Below, one piece after another: positions 1 to 7,722 of a stretch of 26,032 nucleotides of DNA. Origin of the DNA: Microcoleaceae cyanobacterium. Lineage in GTDB: Bacteria; Cyanobacteriota; Cyanobacteriia; Cyanobacteriales; Microcoleaceae. The stretch spans positions 1 through 26,032 of the forward strand of contig JBOFUV010000121.1 in assembly GCA_051652765.1 (NCBI GenBank). The letters run 5' to 3'. The position numbers were made by a program, and so were the translations under genes. Below the pieces are notes generated by a model. It ran no database searches. It was given only the letters and a program-made list of their open reading frames with translations, and was not told the DNA's origin. Position 1 is the stretch's first letter. The number at the start of each line of letters is the position of its first letter.

Positions 1-746
1 GGTTCAGCAAATCCCTGAAAAAACAAATCTTTCAGAAAAGGATAAAACGTTTCACCCTGTTGCTGACAATACTTCAGTCTATTTTGCAAATAGAGTGCAT
101 CACCATCGTTCAAGAAATAGCGCCGCTGCAAAAAATAGACAAACATGAGGCGATTCAGCAACACCGAGGCATACCAACGACGATCCGCCTCCGATTCAAT
201 ACCATTAATTTCTAAACAAAAGTTCTGGTGTAGTCCCTCAAAATCCTGGAAAAATTGCTTCGTAACCCGCTCAATATCAAACCCTTGTTTCACCTTTTGT
301 GCTATATCCACATGGGTCAGCGATCCCTCTTCCGCAAAGCTGACGCTCAACGCTTCTAACTTCTGAAGTAAAGGTTCAGCCGACTGCCCCACTGTATAAG
401 AGTGCGATCGCACCCTGGCACTTTTTCCCAGTTCTGGCTTGAGCCACAACCATTCTTGCTGCGTCTTGCCCTCATCCCCAAAAATCAACAGGTGGGATTT
501 GCTGTAGTCGGTCAACTGGCGATCGAGCTTTACCCTGAGCGGACGCGCCGGAATTTCTGGGGTGATGCACTTGAACACTGTGAAGCCACGCTTTTGGGCA
601 ATAGATGTTACCTCAAAAAACTCGCCATCAATCTCAAAGGGAAGTGTGACGCGATCGACCGTATCCCAGCCCAGTTCCTCAATGAACAGAGACTCAAAAT
701 CAAACTTCTGAAGATACTTCTGGGCGCGTTGGCGATGGAGTGACAT
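1..746 (-). CDS. N-terminal part of a type IIG / Eco57I-like restriction-modification DNA methyltransferase (3' end runs off the window)
   Basis: Not in the ORF track. Manual translation from the ATG at 746 stays open to the window edge: MSLHRQRAQKYLQKFDFESLFIEELGWD...FDIERVTKQFFQDF...RRWYASVLLNRLMFVYFLQRRYFL...LFFQGFAE. The LNRLMFxYFLQ segment is typical of Eco57I-like/type IIG MTase N-terminal regions. It starts 10 bp after the PIN gene. Catalytic motifs lie outside the window. Confidence 0.75.
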   Translation of the reverse strand, partial: MSLHRQRAQKYLQKFDFESLFIEELGWDTVDRVTLPFEIDGEFFEVTSIAQKRGFTVFKCITPEIPARPLRVKLDRQLTDYSKSHLLIFGDEGKTQQEWLWLKPELGKSARVRSHSYTVGQSAEPLLQKLEALSVSFAEEGSLTHVDIAQKVKQGFDIERVTKQFFQDFEGLHQNFCLEINGIESEADRRWYASVLLNRLMFVYFLQRRYFLNDGDALYLQNRLKYCQQQGETFYPFLKDLFFQGFAE

Positions 747-756
747 AGTGTGAACC

Positions 757-1164
757 TCACATAGGAGCAATTAGCGAGATTTCAGGAAAGTAAGTTCGGT
801 AGCGAGTTGCATCCCTAGTTAACAAAGTATGTCCAGCAACCATTGCATGGGCACCAATATAAAAATCTGGCAGGGGAGAGCGTCGCTCCCCACCTCTTTG
901 CCGATATGCTAGAAAAGCTTTTCCTGCAAGAAACGCTGCTTCGTAAGGTAAAGGTTCGCGCCGCAAAAAAGACTGGGGCAACGCTGCTTCTAATTCTGCG
1001 AGTTGTGTGAACCCGATCGATATTTCTGCATAAATAATCGGGTTGATTAGCAAACTGCCTTGTTCAGCACAGTCAGCCAATTGACCCGAAGACCATTCAA
1101 ACCAGGTCTGATCCTCGGTCAAAATATCAAGAATGACATTACTATCCACCAAGACGCTACTCAT
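757..1164 (-). CDS. vapC: PIN-domain (VapC-family) toxin
   Basis: 135 aa with VLVDSNVILD, IYAE, LPDFYIGAHA and LLTRD PIN acidic motifs; ATGA overlap with the upstream small gene. Confidence 0.9.
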   Translation of the reverse strand: MSSVLVDSNVILDILTEDQTWFEWSSGQLADCAEQGSLLINPIIYAEISIGFTQLAELEAALPQSFLRREPLPYEAAFLAGKAFLAYRQRGGERRSPLPDFYIGAHAMVAGHTLLTRDATRYRTYFPEISLIAPM

Positions 1165-1376
1165 TCATTGCCCCGCGTTAGGTTCAGGATCGCATCCGTT
1201 GTCATGACCGCTGTGGCTTTCCCTCGCATTGCCGCAACCATTGCTGTTCCCTGTGGCTGTGGCAAATTTTCCTGATAACGCCAGGTTAGGAAATCTAAAA
1301 ACACTCTCACCTCATCTAAAGCGGGTTTTGGTAGGTTCCGAATCATTTCTAAAATTTGGGTTTCAGTTGTTGACAT
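1161..1376 (-). CDS. Putative antitoxin (DUF2281-like) partner of the PIN toxin
   Basis: Small ORF (MIRNLPKPALDEVRVFLDFL...MRGKATAVMTTDAILNLTRG). Likely start is the ATG at 1376 with GGAG upstream (the ORF track extends to 1397). 4-bp overlap with the toxin. Confidence 0.75.
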   Translation of the reverse strand: MSTTETQILEMIRNLPKPALDEVRVFLDFLTWRYQENLPQPQGTAMVAAMRGKATAVMTTDAILNLTRGNE

Positions 1377-1412
1377 AAAAACTCCATTGATCAACAAAGA
1401 TTTACCTCTACT

Positions 1413-4400
1413 TTAACTTTGGAATAACCCCATCGAACAGATAATCCGCGCCCCGTCTCGCCGTTCCTCTGGGTTGATCACACACAGGGCATCATGCTCT
1501 CGCAGAAACGTCACCAGTTTTGCCAACGGCTCATCGCTAATGCCCGCTTTGAATTCTCGGTTGAGGCGGGCGATCGCATTCTGTTTCATTGGATGCTGGT
1601 TAATCTCTTCGATCGCCCGTTCCAAGTTTTCCCACTCAGTCCCCATTGCCAGTAAAGGCGTGGTTTCGCGGACGTATTGGGTGTATGCCATCAGGCGATC
1701 GTAAGTTCGAGCCGCTGCACTGCGCTTATTGCCCAGTGTTCCTGCTACCGTTTTAGATTGTTCGGCAATCAGTTCTGCCCCGCGTGTCACTAACTCATGG
1801 TGTTGGGGATGGCGCGGCAAAGGCGGGGTATCAATGCTGCATCGTGCCATGCGTAAAATTCGCATCTGAGACTGAGTAACGCTGTTGCCATCCTTGTCTA
1901 CCCATGCCAGGGCATCGGTGCCACTATCGGTGCGGAGGTACATTAATACGCCCTCTGGATCAGATCCCGTCGGTTCATGTTCCCGCGTGGAATACACCAC
2001 GTCGGGCAGTTTTTCAATGATGCCTTTCAGAGCAGGGTTGGCATCGATCGCACTTTGCCAGATTTGCAATGCCTCAGAGGTCAGATCCACATCACCTTCT
2101 TCCGCGTCATCCAGCACCCCCGATCGCTCGTTGTAGAGATTCAGCAGCATCTCCCGCGCTTGCTCATCCTCAAAAAAGGCTTCATCGGTGCCCACTACTT
2201 CCTGATTTTCGTTGAGGCGATCGCGTAACCGTCCCCGCAGATTGATTAACCGCTCCACCCCTTCCGCAGGCAAAAACGAGTAGCAGATAATTTCCTGCGC
2301 CTGTTGCCCAATCCGATCGACCCGTCCCGCCCGCTGAATCAAGCGAATAATCGCCCAAGGCAGATCGTAGTTGAGAATAATGGCACAATCTTGCAAGTTT
2401 TGTCCCTCACTCAGGACATCCGTCGCCACCAACACCCGCAATTGTTCAGAGGCTGGAATGGGTTTCTCATTGCTACACGGGCTAAACCGCCAAGCCAGAG
2501 CCGTCGGGTCAGCAGATTGTCCCGTTGCTAAGCCTACTTGCTGAATACCCTGGTCTTCGAGCGCTCTTGCCAAATACCGAGCCGTATCAGCGAATTGAGT
2601 AAAAATTAGCACTTTATCGGTGGGATGTTGCTGTTGTAGCAAATCTACCAGTGCCACCAGTTTGCCATCCTCAAGCGGGTTCCAATTTCCCGCCAGTTGC
2701 AAAATTCCGATCAACGCAGTGGCATCTTGCTGAAGATTCTGCTGCAACTCTGGGCGAAACAGATTGGCACGAATCCACTTAAACCGACGATGGTATTGAT
2801 CTCGATACAGGCGATAAATCTCTGCTGCCTGTTGAGCAAAATTGCCCTCATTGACCCTCACCCTAAATCCCTCTCCCGGAGCGGGAGAGGGACTTTGAAG
2901 TTCCGGTTCCCCTTCTCCCAAGGAGGGAGAAGGGGTTAGGGGACGAGGGTCTTCCTCCCAGTCCTGACTCAAGAGCGGATCAACCTCCTCATCGTTGCCC
3001 ACCTCATCGAGTAATGCTGCATCCTGAGTGCCAATGGGTAAGGGAAGGTCATGGGCGATCGCATGGAGATACACATAATTCCGCAGAATATGTCGCTCCA
3101 AGGACTGGATAAACGCAGCACCACTACTCTCCAAGCGCTTAAACAAATTCGTGCGACAAAAGCCCATTAACCGTTGCCCCGCATGGGAAAGATTGGCCAA
3201 CAATTGCTCTTCCTCAGCACTAGCAATCGGGCTGGGGTGGGGCGCAATGTATAAACCTAATCCATAGCGGGGCAAATTGAGGGCGTTGATCACATCCACG
3301 ACGCGATCGGCATACAACCGAGCATAGGGATCGGTGGGTTCGACCATCGAAAACCGAACGGTGCGAGGACGACGAGCCGGGAAATAGGATCGCCGCCCGT
3401 CCGCAAATTCTAAGTAGTACCGTTCCCCATCCTGTCTGGCATAGGTATTTTTGATAAAACTGCGGGTTCGCCGCACCATGTAGCGACTCATCAACTGCTG
3501 CCAGTCTTCCGGCTCTGGACTTTGTTCAAATGCCAGGAGCGATCGCACCGGGCTGGTGCTATGTCTGCGCCGAAACTGCATCTCACCGCCAACGCTGCGG
3601 ATATAGGCTTCTGGCTTAATCCCTAAATCAGCATCTGGACGCAAAAATAACTGCAACTGAGCCGACAAGTCCAGATAGGTTTTGTTATAGGGTGTTGCCG
3701 TCAGCAAAATACACCGACTGCCGCTCTGCTCGATGTAGTCTTTAATCGCTTGATACCGCTTGCCCTCTTTGTTTCGCAGGTTGTGACTTTCATCAATCAG
3801 CACCAACCGAAACCGCGCTGGAACATTGGGCAATTCCTGAATCGCTCGGCTAACGGGAACCACCTTGCCCCGCAAACCATAGCGATCAATGTAACCCTGC
3901 CACATTTTTTCTAGGTTCTTCGGGCAAATAATCAACGTACTGGTGCCATAGTCTTCCTCGCAGAGATGGGCGATCGCCGTTCCCACCAGAGTTTTACCCA
4001 ACCCTACCACATCGCCAATGATCACCCCATTCCGTTTACTGACATGGCGTGCCGCAATCTGCACCGCTGCTTCCTGAAACGGCAACAGTCCAAAACTGGC
4101 AGGAGGACGATATTGGCTTAACCCATCTCGCGCCTCCTGGGACAGGTGATAAGCCATTTTCAGATAGACAAGATAGGGCTTGAGCGATCGCCCCGCCCAG
4201 CTTTCATCAATAATTTCCGCTAATTGCTCCGTAATATCTAAGCAGAAGCGATCGTCCCAACGCTCTTCAAACCACTGCTCCAGCTTGTTCGTGTCATCTC
4301 GATCCACGACTTCCACATTCAGTTCACCCTGAGATCTCAACCCAGAGAGGGTCAGGTTACTGCTGCCCACATAGCTAATGATGGGTGTGGCGCGATCGCG

Positions 4401-4841
4401 GCGATAAATTAAGTACAACTTGGCATGGAGAGGATGCCGCAAAAATAGTTTGACCTGAAGTTTGCCCGCCAACAATTGCTGTTGCAACCGCTGCAACCCC
4501 TCCTCATCAGATGCACTGGGCGCACCAAAGGTTAACTGTTGCCGAAACTCCTGTGCCATCAGGGTTTGTAGTCGAATCGCTTGTCCCTGATCAATGCGCT
4601 CTGGTTCCACCCCAATCGCCAATGATTCCCGTAGCTCTTCCTTCGGCAAGCGATACATGCCTACCAGCAACCGGCAAGCTTGACCGTTACCCCCATCAAA
4701 TTGCTCAATATCGCCATCAATTTGTCGCCATCCCCGTAAGTTGAAATAGCCCACGCAGAAATCAGCACGGTAGGCTTGCTTCAGGTAAGCCTGCAACTCA
4801 GGCAGAAGAGGTTGTTCGATATTGTCGTAAATACGGGACAT
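1413..4841 (-). CDS. PLD-like nuclease / SF2 (SNF2-like) helicase fusion, probably the restriction subunit of a defence system
   Basis: N-terminal PLD motifs (VGYF, LHAKLYL...VGSSNLT...GELN); Walker A GDVVGLGKT; DESH box; LTATP; helicase-C motifs FTQF, SEGQNLQ and QRAGRVDRIGQ. Confidence 0.9.
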   Translation of the reverse strand: MSRIYDNIEQPLLPELQAYLKQAYRADFCVGYFNLRGWRQIDGDIEQFDGGNGQACRLLVGMYRLPKEELRESLAIGVEPERIDQGQAIRLQTLMAQEFRQQLTFGAPSASDEEGLQRLQQQLLAGKLQVKLFLRHPLHAKLYLIYRRDRATPIISYVGSSNLTLSGLRSQGELNVEVVDRDDTNKLEQWFEERWDDRFCLDITEQLAEIIDESWAGRSLKPYLVYLKMAYHLSQEARDGLSQYRPPASFGLLPFQEAAVQIAARHVSKRNGVIIGDVVGLGKTLVGTAIAHLCEEDYGTSTLIICPKNLEKMWQGYIDRYGLRGKVVPVSRAIQELPNVPARFRLVLIDESHNLRNKEGKRYQAIKDYIEQSGSRCILLTATPYNKTYLDLSAQLQLFLRPDADLGIKPEAYIRSVGGEMQFRRRHSTSPVRSLLAFEQSPEPEDWQQLMSRYMVRRTRSFIKNTYARQDGERYYLEFADGRRSYFPARRPRTVRFSMVEPTDPYARLYADRVVDVINALNLPRYGLGLYIAPHPSPIASAEEEQLLANLSHAGQRLMGFCRTNLFKRLESSGAAFIQSLERHILRNYVYLHAIAHDLPLPIGTQDAALLDEVGNDEEVDPLLSQDWEEDPRPLTPSPSLGEGEPELQSPSPAPGEGFRVRVNEGNFAQQAAEIYRLYRDQYHRRFKWIRANLFRPELQQNLQQDATALIGILQLAGNWNPLEDGKLVALVDLLQQQHPTDKVLIFTQFADTARYLARALEDQGIQQVGLATGQSADPTALAWRFSPCSNEKPIPASEQLRVLVATDVLSEGQNLQDCAIILNYDLPWAIIRLIQRAGRVDRIGQQAQEIICYSFLPAEGVERLINLRGRLRDRLNENQEVVGTDEAFFEDEQAREMLLNLYNERSGVLDDAEEGDVDLTSEALQIWQSAIDANPALKGIIEKLPDVVYSTREHEPTGSDPEGVLMYLRTDSGTDALAWVDKDGNSVTQSQMRILRMARCSIDTPPLPRHPQHHELVTRGAELIAEQSKTVAGTLGNKRSAAARTYDRLMAYTQYVRETTPLLAMGTEWENLERAIEEINQHPMKQNAIARLNREFKAGISDEPLAKLVTFLREHDALCVINPEERRDGARIICSMGLFQS
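2853..2951. repeat. 99-bp cyanobacterial palindromic dispersed repeat inserted in frame in the helicase
   Basis: Terminal IR GACCCTC/GAGGGTC and two 11-bp internal hairpins (TCCCTCTCCCG/CGGGAGAGGGA; CCCCTTCTCCC/GGGAGAAGGGG); encodes residues 631-663, DPRPLTPSPSLGEGEPELQSPSPAPGEGFRVRV. Confidence 0.85.
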
Positions 4842-4938
4842 TGATTTTACACAGGGCAGAATTACGGGCTGACGTAATTATCATAATAGCCCTTGCATCT
4901 AACCTGAAACGCTCGACAGTCGGTATGTATGGGCCTTA

Positions 4939-5604
4939 TTAGGGCCTAGTTGAAGCTGTGTATAAAACTCGAAATCTTCGGACAGGGGGAATTTCGCTAT
5001 CTAAATAATCCTCAAATAACTGGCTGCTTAAGCCCAAAATCTCAAATTGTTCTAGTTCACGCTGAGTTAGTGGATAAGGCATCTTTCCAGAAGGCTCTGA
5101 TTCTTCTCGGCCTCTTGTAATGACAAGTAATTGACCTGATGGCGCAACAAAACTGCTAATTTTCGAGATAGCAAGAAAACGTAGCTCAGGTGGCAATACT
5201 TGAAGTGTATAAGACTCAAAAACGAAGTCAAAACTCTGCGACCAACTACTGGGTGAATTGAGCAAATCTACTACCTGATAGGACACTTGAGAATTTTGAA
5301 AACGTCGCTTGCACTCTAAAATTGCGGTTGAAGAGATATCAAATGCAAGAACCTGAAAGCCTCGTTCAGCTAAAAATTCGGCATCATCCCCATAACCACA
5401 GCCTATCGTTAGTGCCGTTTTGCCTTTACCCACCAAATTCTGCTTTGTGAACCAGTCAATTAAATTTGGATTAGGAGCTAAATCAGCCCAAGGTACAGCA
5501 CCATAGTTGTTTCCAGCTTCAGCATAGAGTGCCTCAAACCATCCTGTTGCATCTGCGCGGGCTAGGAATTCTGACGCTAATTGTTGTGCGCGTTGACGAG
5601 ACAT
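4939..5604 (-). CDS. Class I SAM-dependent methyltransferase (thiopurine/TehB-like)
   Basis: ALTIGCGYGDDAEFLA glycine loop, FDIS, FDFVFESYTLQ; N-terminal GWFEALY...VPW. Confidence 0.88.
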   Translation of the reverse strand: MSRQRAQQLASEFLARADATGWFEALYAEAGNNYGAVPWADLAPNPNLIDWFTKQNLVGKGKTALTIGCGYGDDAEFLAERGFQVLAFDISSTAILECKRRFQNSQVSYQVVDLLNSPSSWSQSFDFVFESYTLQVLPPELRFLAISKISSFVAPSGQLLVITRGREESEPSGKMPYPLTQRELEQFEILGLSSQLFEDYLDSEIPPVRRFRVLYTASTRP

Positions 5605-5613
5605 TTTACTTGC

Positions 5614-5877
5614 TTAAGCTGCCTGTAATGATGCTTCATGGCCTTTATTGTTCAGGCACACTGCAAATTGATTTGATTGGGCTTGCTCGATTTTCATAGT
5701 TAACCTAGAAACGGTAGTTTGAGCTTAAACTCTTTTTTGCCGATTCCATGAGCCTCATACCAGTTGATCTCAGCTAACCGTATCATACTGTTTCTGTAAT
5801 CGGGCACGATCTCGAATTCCTGTTCCTGTGGCAATCACCTCAACATCAGTGATATCGCCAATAATCTCAAAGTCCAC
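5614..5877 (-). pseudogene. Remnant two-gene module; both genes appear internally deleted
   Basis: GTG at 5877 gives VDFEIIGDITDVEVIATGTGIRDRARLQKQY, then a stop at 5770-5772. Another frame continues IRLAEINWYEAHGIGKKEFKLKLPFLG* (stop 5700-5702). The ATG at 5697 gives MKIEQAQSNQFAVCLNNKGHEASLQAA* (stop 5614-5616). Confidence 0.6.
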
Positions 5878-5987
5878 GCAAGCACAACCTGAAAAAATGC
5901 TACTTGATACTAACGTGCTTTGCTCAGTCTAGTGATCAAACTTACCGACAGACAACCCAACGGCTGCCGCCACCTATAACCGAAGTA

Positions 5988-6074
5988 GCCCAACGGTGCG
6001 GTTCAGCGACTGCTAGCAACCTTTGTCTCTAAAGTAGTAACCTGATTCAGTTTGCTGCAACAGTATTGCTATGT
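5988..6074. repeat. Degenerate attC-like imperfect palindrome
   Basis: Begins GCCCAAC (RYYYAAC), has an inner TTCAGCG...GCTGCAA pairing, and ends in a degenerate TTGCTATGT; lies between unrelated accessory genes. Confidence 0.35.
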
Positions 6075-6110
6075 TACATGCCTTCAGGTCAATGGCTTGT
6101 GAGAGACAAA

Positions 6111-6965
6111 TTAACCATAGGCACCATTAGGGAGAAATCCCAAGAGTTGCTTCAATCTCTGATCGGCTCCTTCATAACAATGGCTAGGCATTTGATAATT
6201 CATGAAGGGTGTATATTTGTGTCCAATCAATCGCTTGGCATACGTAATCTGTGTAACGTAGCGAGTGACAGAGGAAGAGTTTCTAGAACCTCGATGCCAG
6301 ACTTGATTGTTAAAACAAACCACAGAACCCATTGCTCCTAAGCAACTATGGATTCGGTCTTCATACTCGGAGATATCACCATCGCAGAACTTGCCAAACA
6401 GGTGTGATCCTGGAATGACTTGGGTTGGTCCATTGTCTAGAGACAGCACGTCTGTCAGGTAATAATTAACCGTAAACGCTAGAACATTTAAACGAATGTT
6501 AGTTAGAGGTTGGCCATCAAGGGAGAGAATATGCGGTGTATCATCCTGGTGCCACTTGTTTTGAGCTAACCCGTCAGTTTCTGGAAGAACTGTAAACGAG
6601 TTATTGTGGATGACATGAACCACATTCGCGTTAGGAATTCCGTCATCCATTGAATAGTCGGGTCCGTTTGCTCCACCAATTAAGTGTTCTGCGAACGTCA
6701 CGATCGGCTCCAGAGCAAATAAATCTAAATTGTGTTGGGAATGCTCAAACATGCGCTTTATGATCTTCCTTTTGTACGGGGGATCATTCTCACCTTCCAT
6801 TTTCCTGGTAATCTCATCCAAATCATTTCTCAGTAACTCGCAATTCTCAGGTGTCAGCACATTGTGGATAACGAGAAAACCATCTCGATGAAATGCTTCA
6901 GTCCACTCCTGTAATTGTTCTGGAGATGGTGCTTTACCTGCTAAATATTCAGACATTTTCTTCAC
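6111..6965 (-). CDS. Phytanoyl-CoA dioxygenase (PhyH) family Fe(II)/2-oxoglutarate dioxygenase
   Basis: FHRDGFLVIHNVL, WHQD (HxD), NGPTQVIPGSH, distal His in VWHRGSRN; alternative start ATG at 6956. Confidence 0.9.
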   Translation of the reverse strand: MKKMSEYLAGKAPSPEQLQEWTEAFHRDGFLVIHNVLTPENCELLRNDLDEITRKMEGENDPPYKRKIIKRMFEHSQHNLDLFALEPIVTFAEHLIGGANGPDYSMDDGIPNANVVHVIHNNSFTVLPETDGLAQNKWHQDDTPHILSLDGQPLTNIRLNVLAFTVNYYLTDVLSLDNGPTQVIPGSHLFGKFCDGDISEYEDRIHSCLGAMGSVVCFNNQVWHRGSRNSSSVTRYVTQITYAKRLIGHKYTPFMNYQMPSHCYEGADQRLKQLLGFLPNGAYG

Positions 6966-7022
6966 CTTCAGTTATTTTTTGAACACGGTCGATAATACCA
7001 CCCTAGAGTTAAGAAATCCAGG

Positions 7023-7157
7023 TTAATTAAAGATGTCATCTCCAACTCCATCAATCACTGTTTCATCTGTAAACCCAACTGTCAGAAATGGTTCCGTTAA
7101 ACGAGGAAAATCTACAACAGGATTTGGATCATCTCCCCGAACAACATCCGGACTCAC
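7023..7157 (-). pseudogene. Possible fragment of a secreted/extracellular protein
   Basis: Manual translation VSPDVVRGDDPNPVVDFPRLTEPFLTVGFTDETVIDGVGDDIFN*; acidic, protein-like sequence without a convincing start. Confidence 0.35.
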
Positions 7158-7183
7158 AAATCCTAGAAACCAAACTCCAGACG

Positions 7184-7546
7184 TTAATGCAGGACAAAAA
7201 CATTTTGAATCTCTTTGCCGGAAGGAGTTAACTGAATGCGAACCTGCCCACCTCGATAGGAATAAATCACCTCTTGACCACCAGCAGTCGCAATCTTTTC
7301 AGGGTTTAAGAGTTTTTCATCCAAAAAACGATAAGGGGCATTCATTGGAACTTGTGGTCGGTTTTCCGAGTGGGAATCACTGCACTTCACACCCCGATAG
7401 ATCAGTTGATCGCGAGCTTGAGCAACTTCAGAGGTTTGACCTAGAGGAACAAGATTGGGTGGCGTTTTTTGTTGACACTGATGATAGAAACCCTGACGAG
7501 GACTAGACTCATAGTGAACACCTCGATAAATTAATTTCATAATCAT
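7184..7546 (-). CDS. DUF4278-like cyanobacterial small protein
   Basis: Repeated LIYRGV motif (MKLIYRGVHYE; LIYRGVK) and a third YSYRGG. Confidence 0.7.
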   Translation of the reverse strand: MIMKLIYRGVHYESSPRQGFYHQCQQKTPPNLVPLGQTSEVAQARDQLIYRGVKCSDSHSENRPQVPMNAPYRFLDEKLLNPEKIATAGGQEVIYSYRGGQVRIQLTPSGKEIQNVFVLH

Positions 7547-7722
7547 GTTCCTCTGTTTGGTACAGTCTTACTGTCGCAGAATTGATAGGGGCAAGACTTC
7601 GTCCAACAAGGTGATCCTACAGACCCATTTGGAGAATTTTTGGAAGAGTTGATAGAATTAAGTCTGATAAAGCAAGCCTGATAGAATAAGAGGCAAGCAT
7701 CTGCGCTCTACAAGTCGCCAAC

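Noticed and set aside
145..743. Plus-strand ORFs 145-366 and 402-743
   Set aside because: They are antisense shadows of the minus-strand methyltransferase-like CDS (1-746).
1474..4744. Short alternative-frame and antisense ORFs within the helicase (and likewise within PBP, cyclase, chlI, gatA and cpc genes)
   Set aside because: They lack motifs and are fully nested in well-supported CDSs.
7033..7506. 157-aa plus-strand ORF
   Set aside because: No recognisable motif, and it is antisense to the DUF4278-like gene, which has clear repeated YRG motifs.
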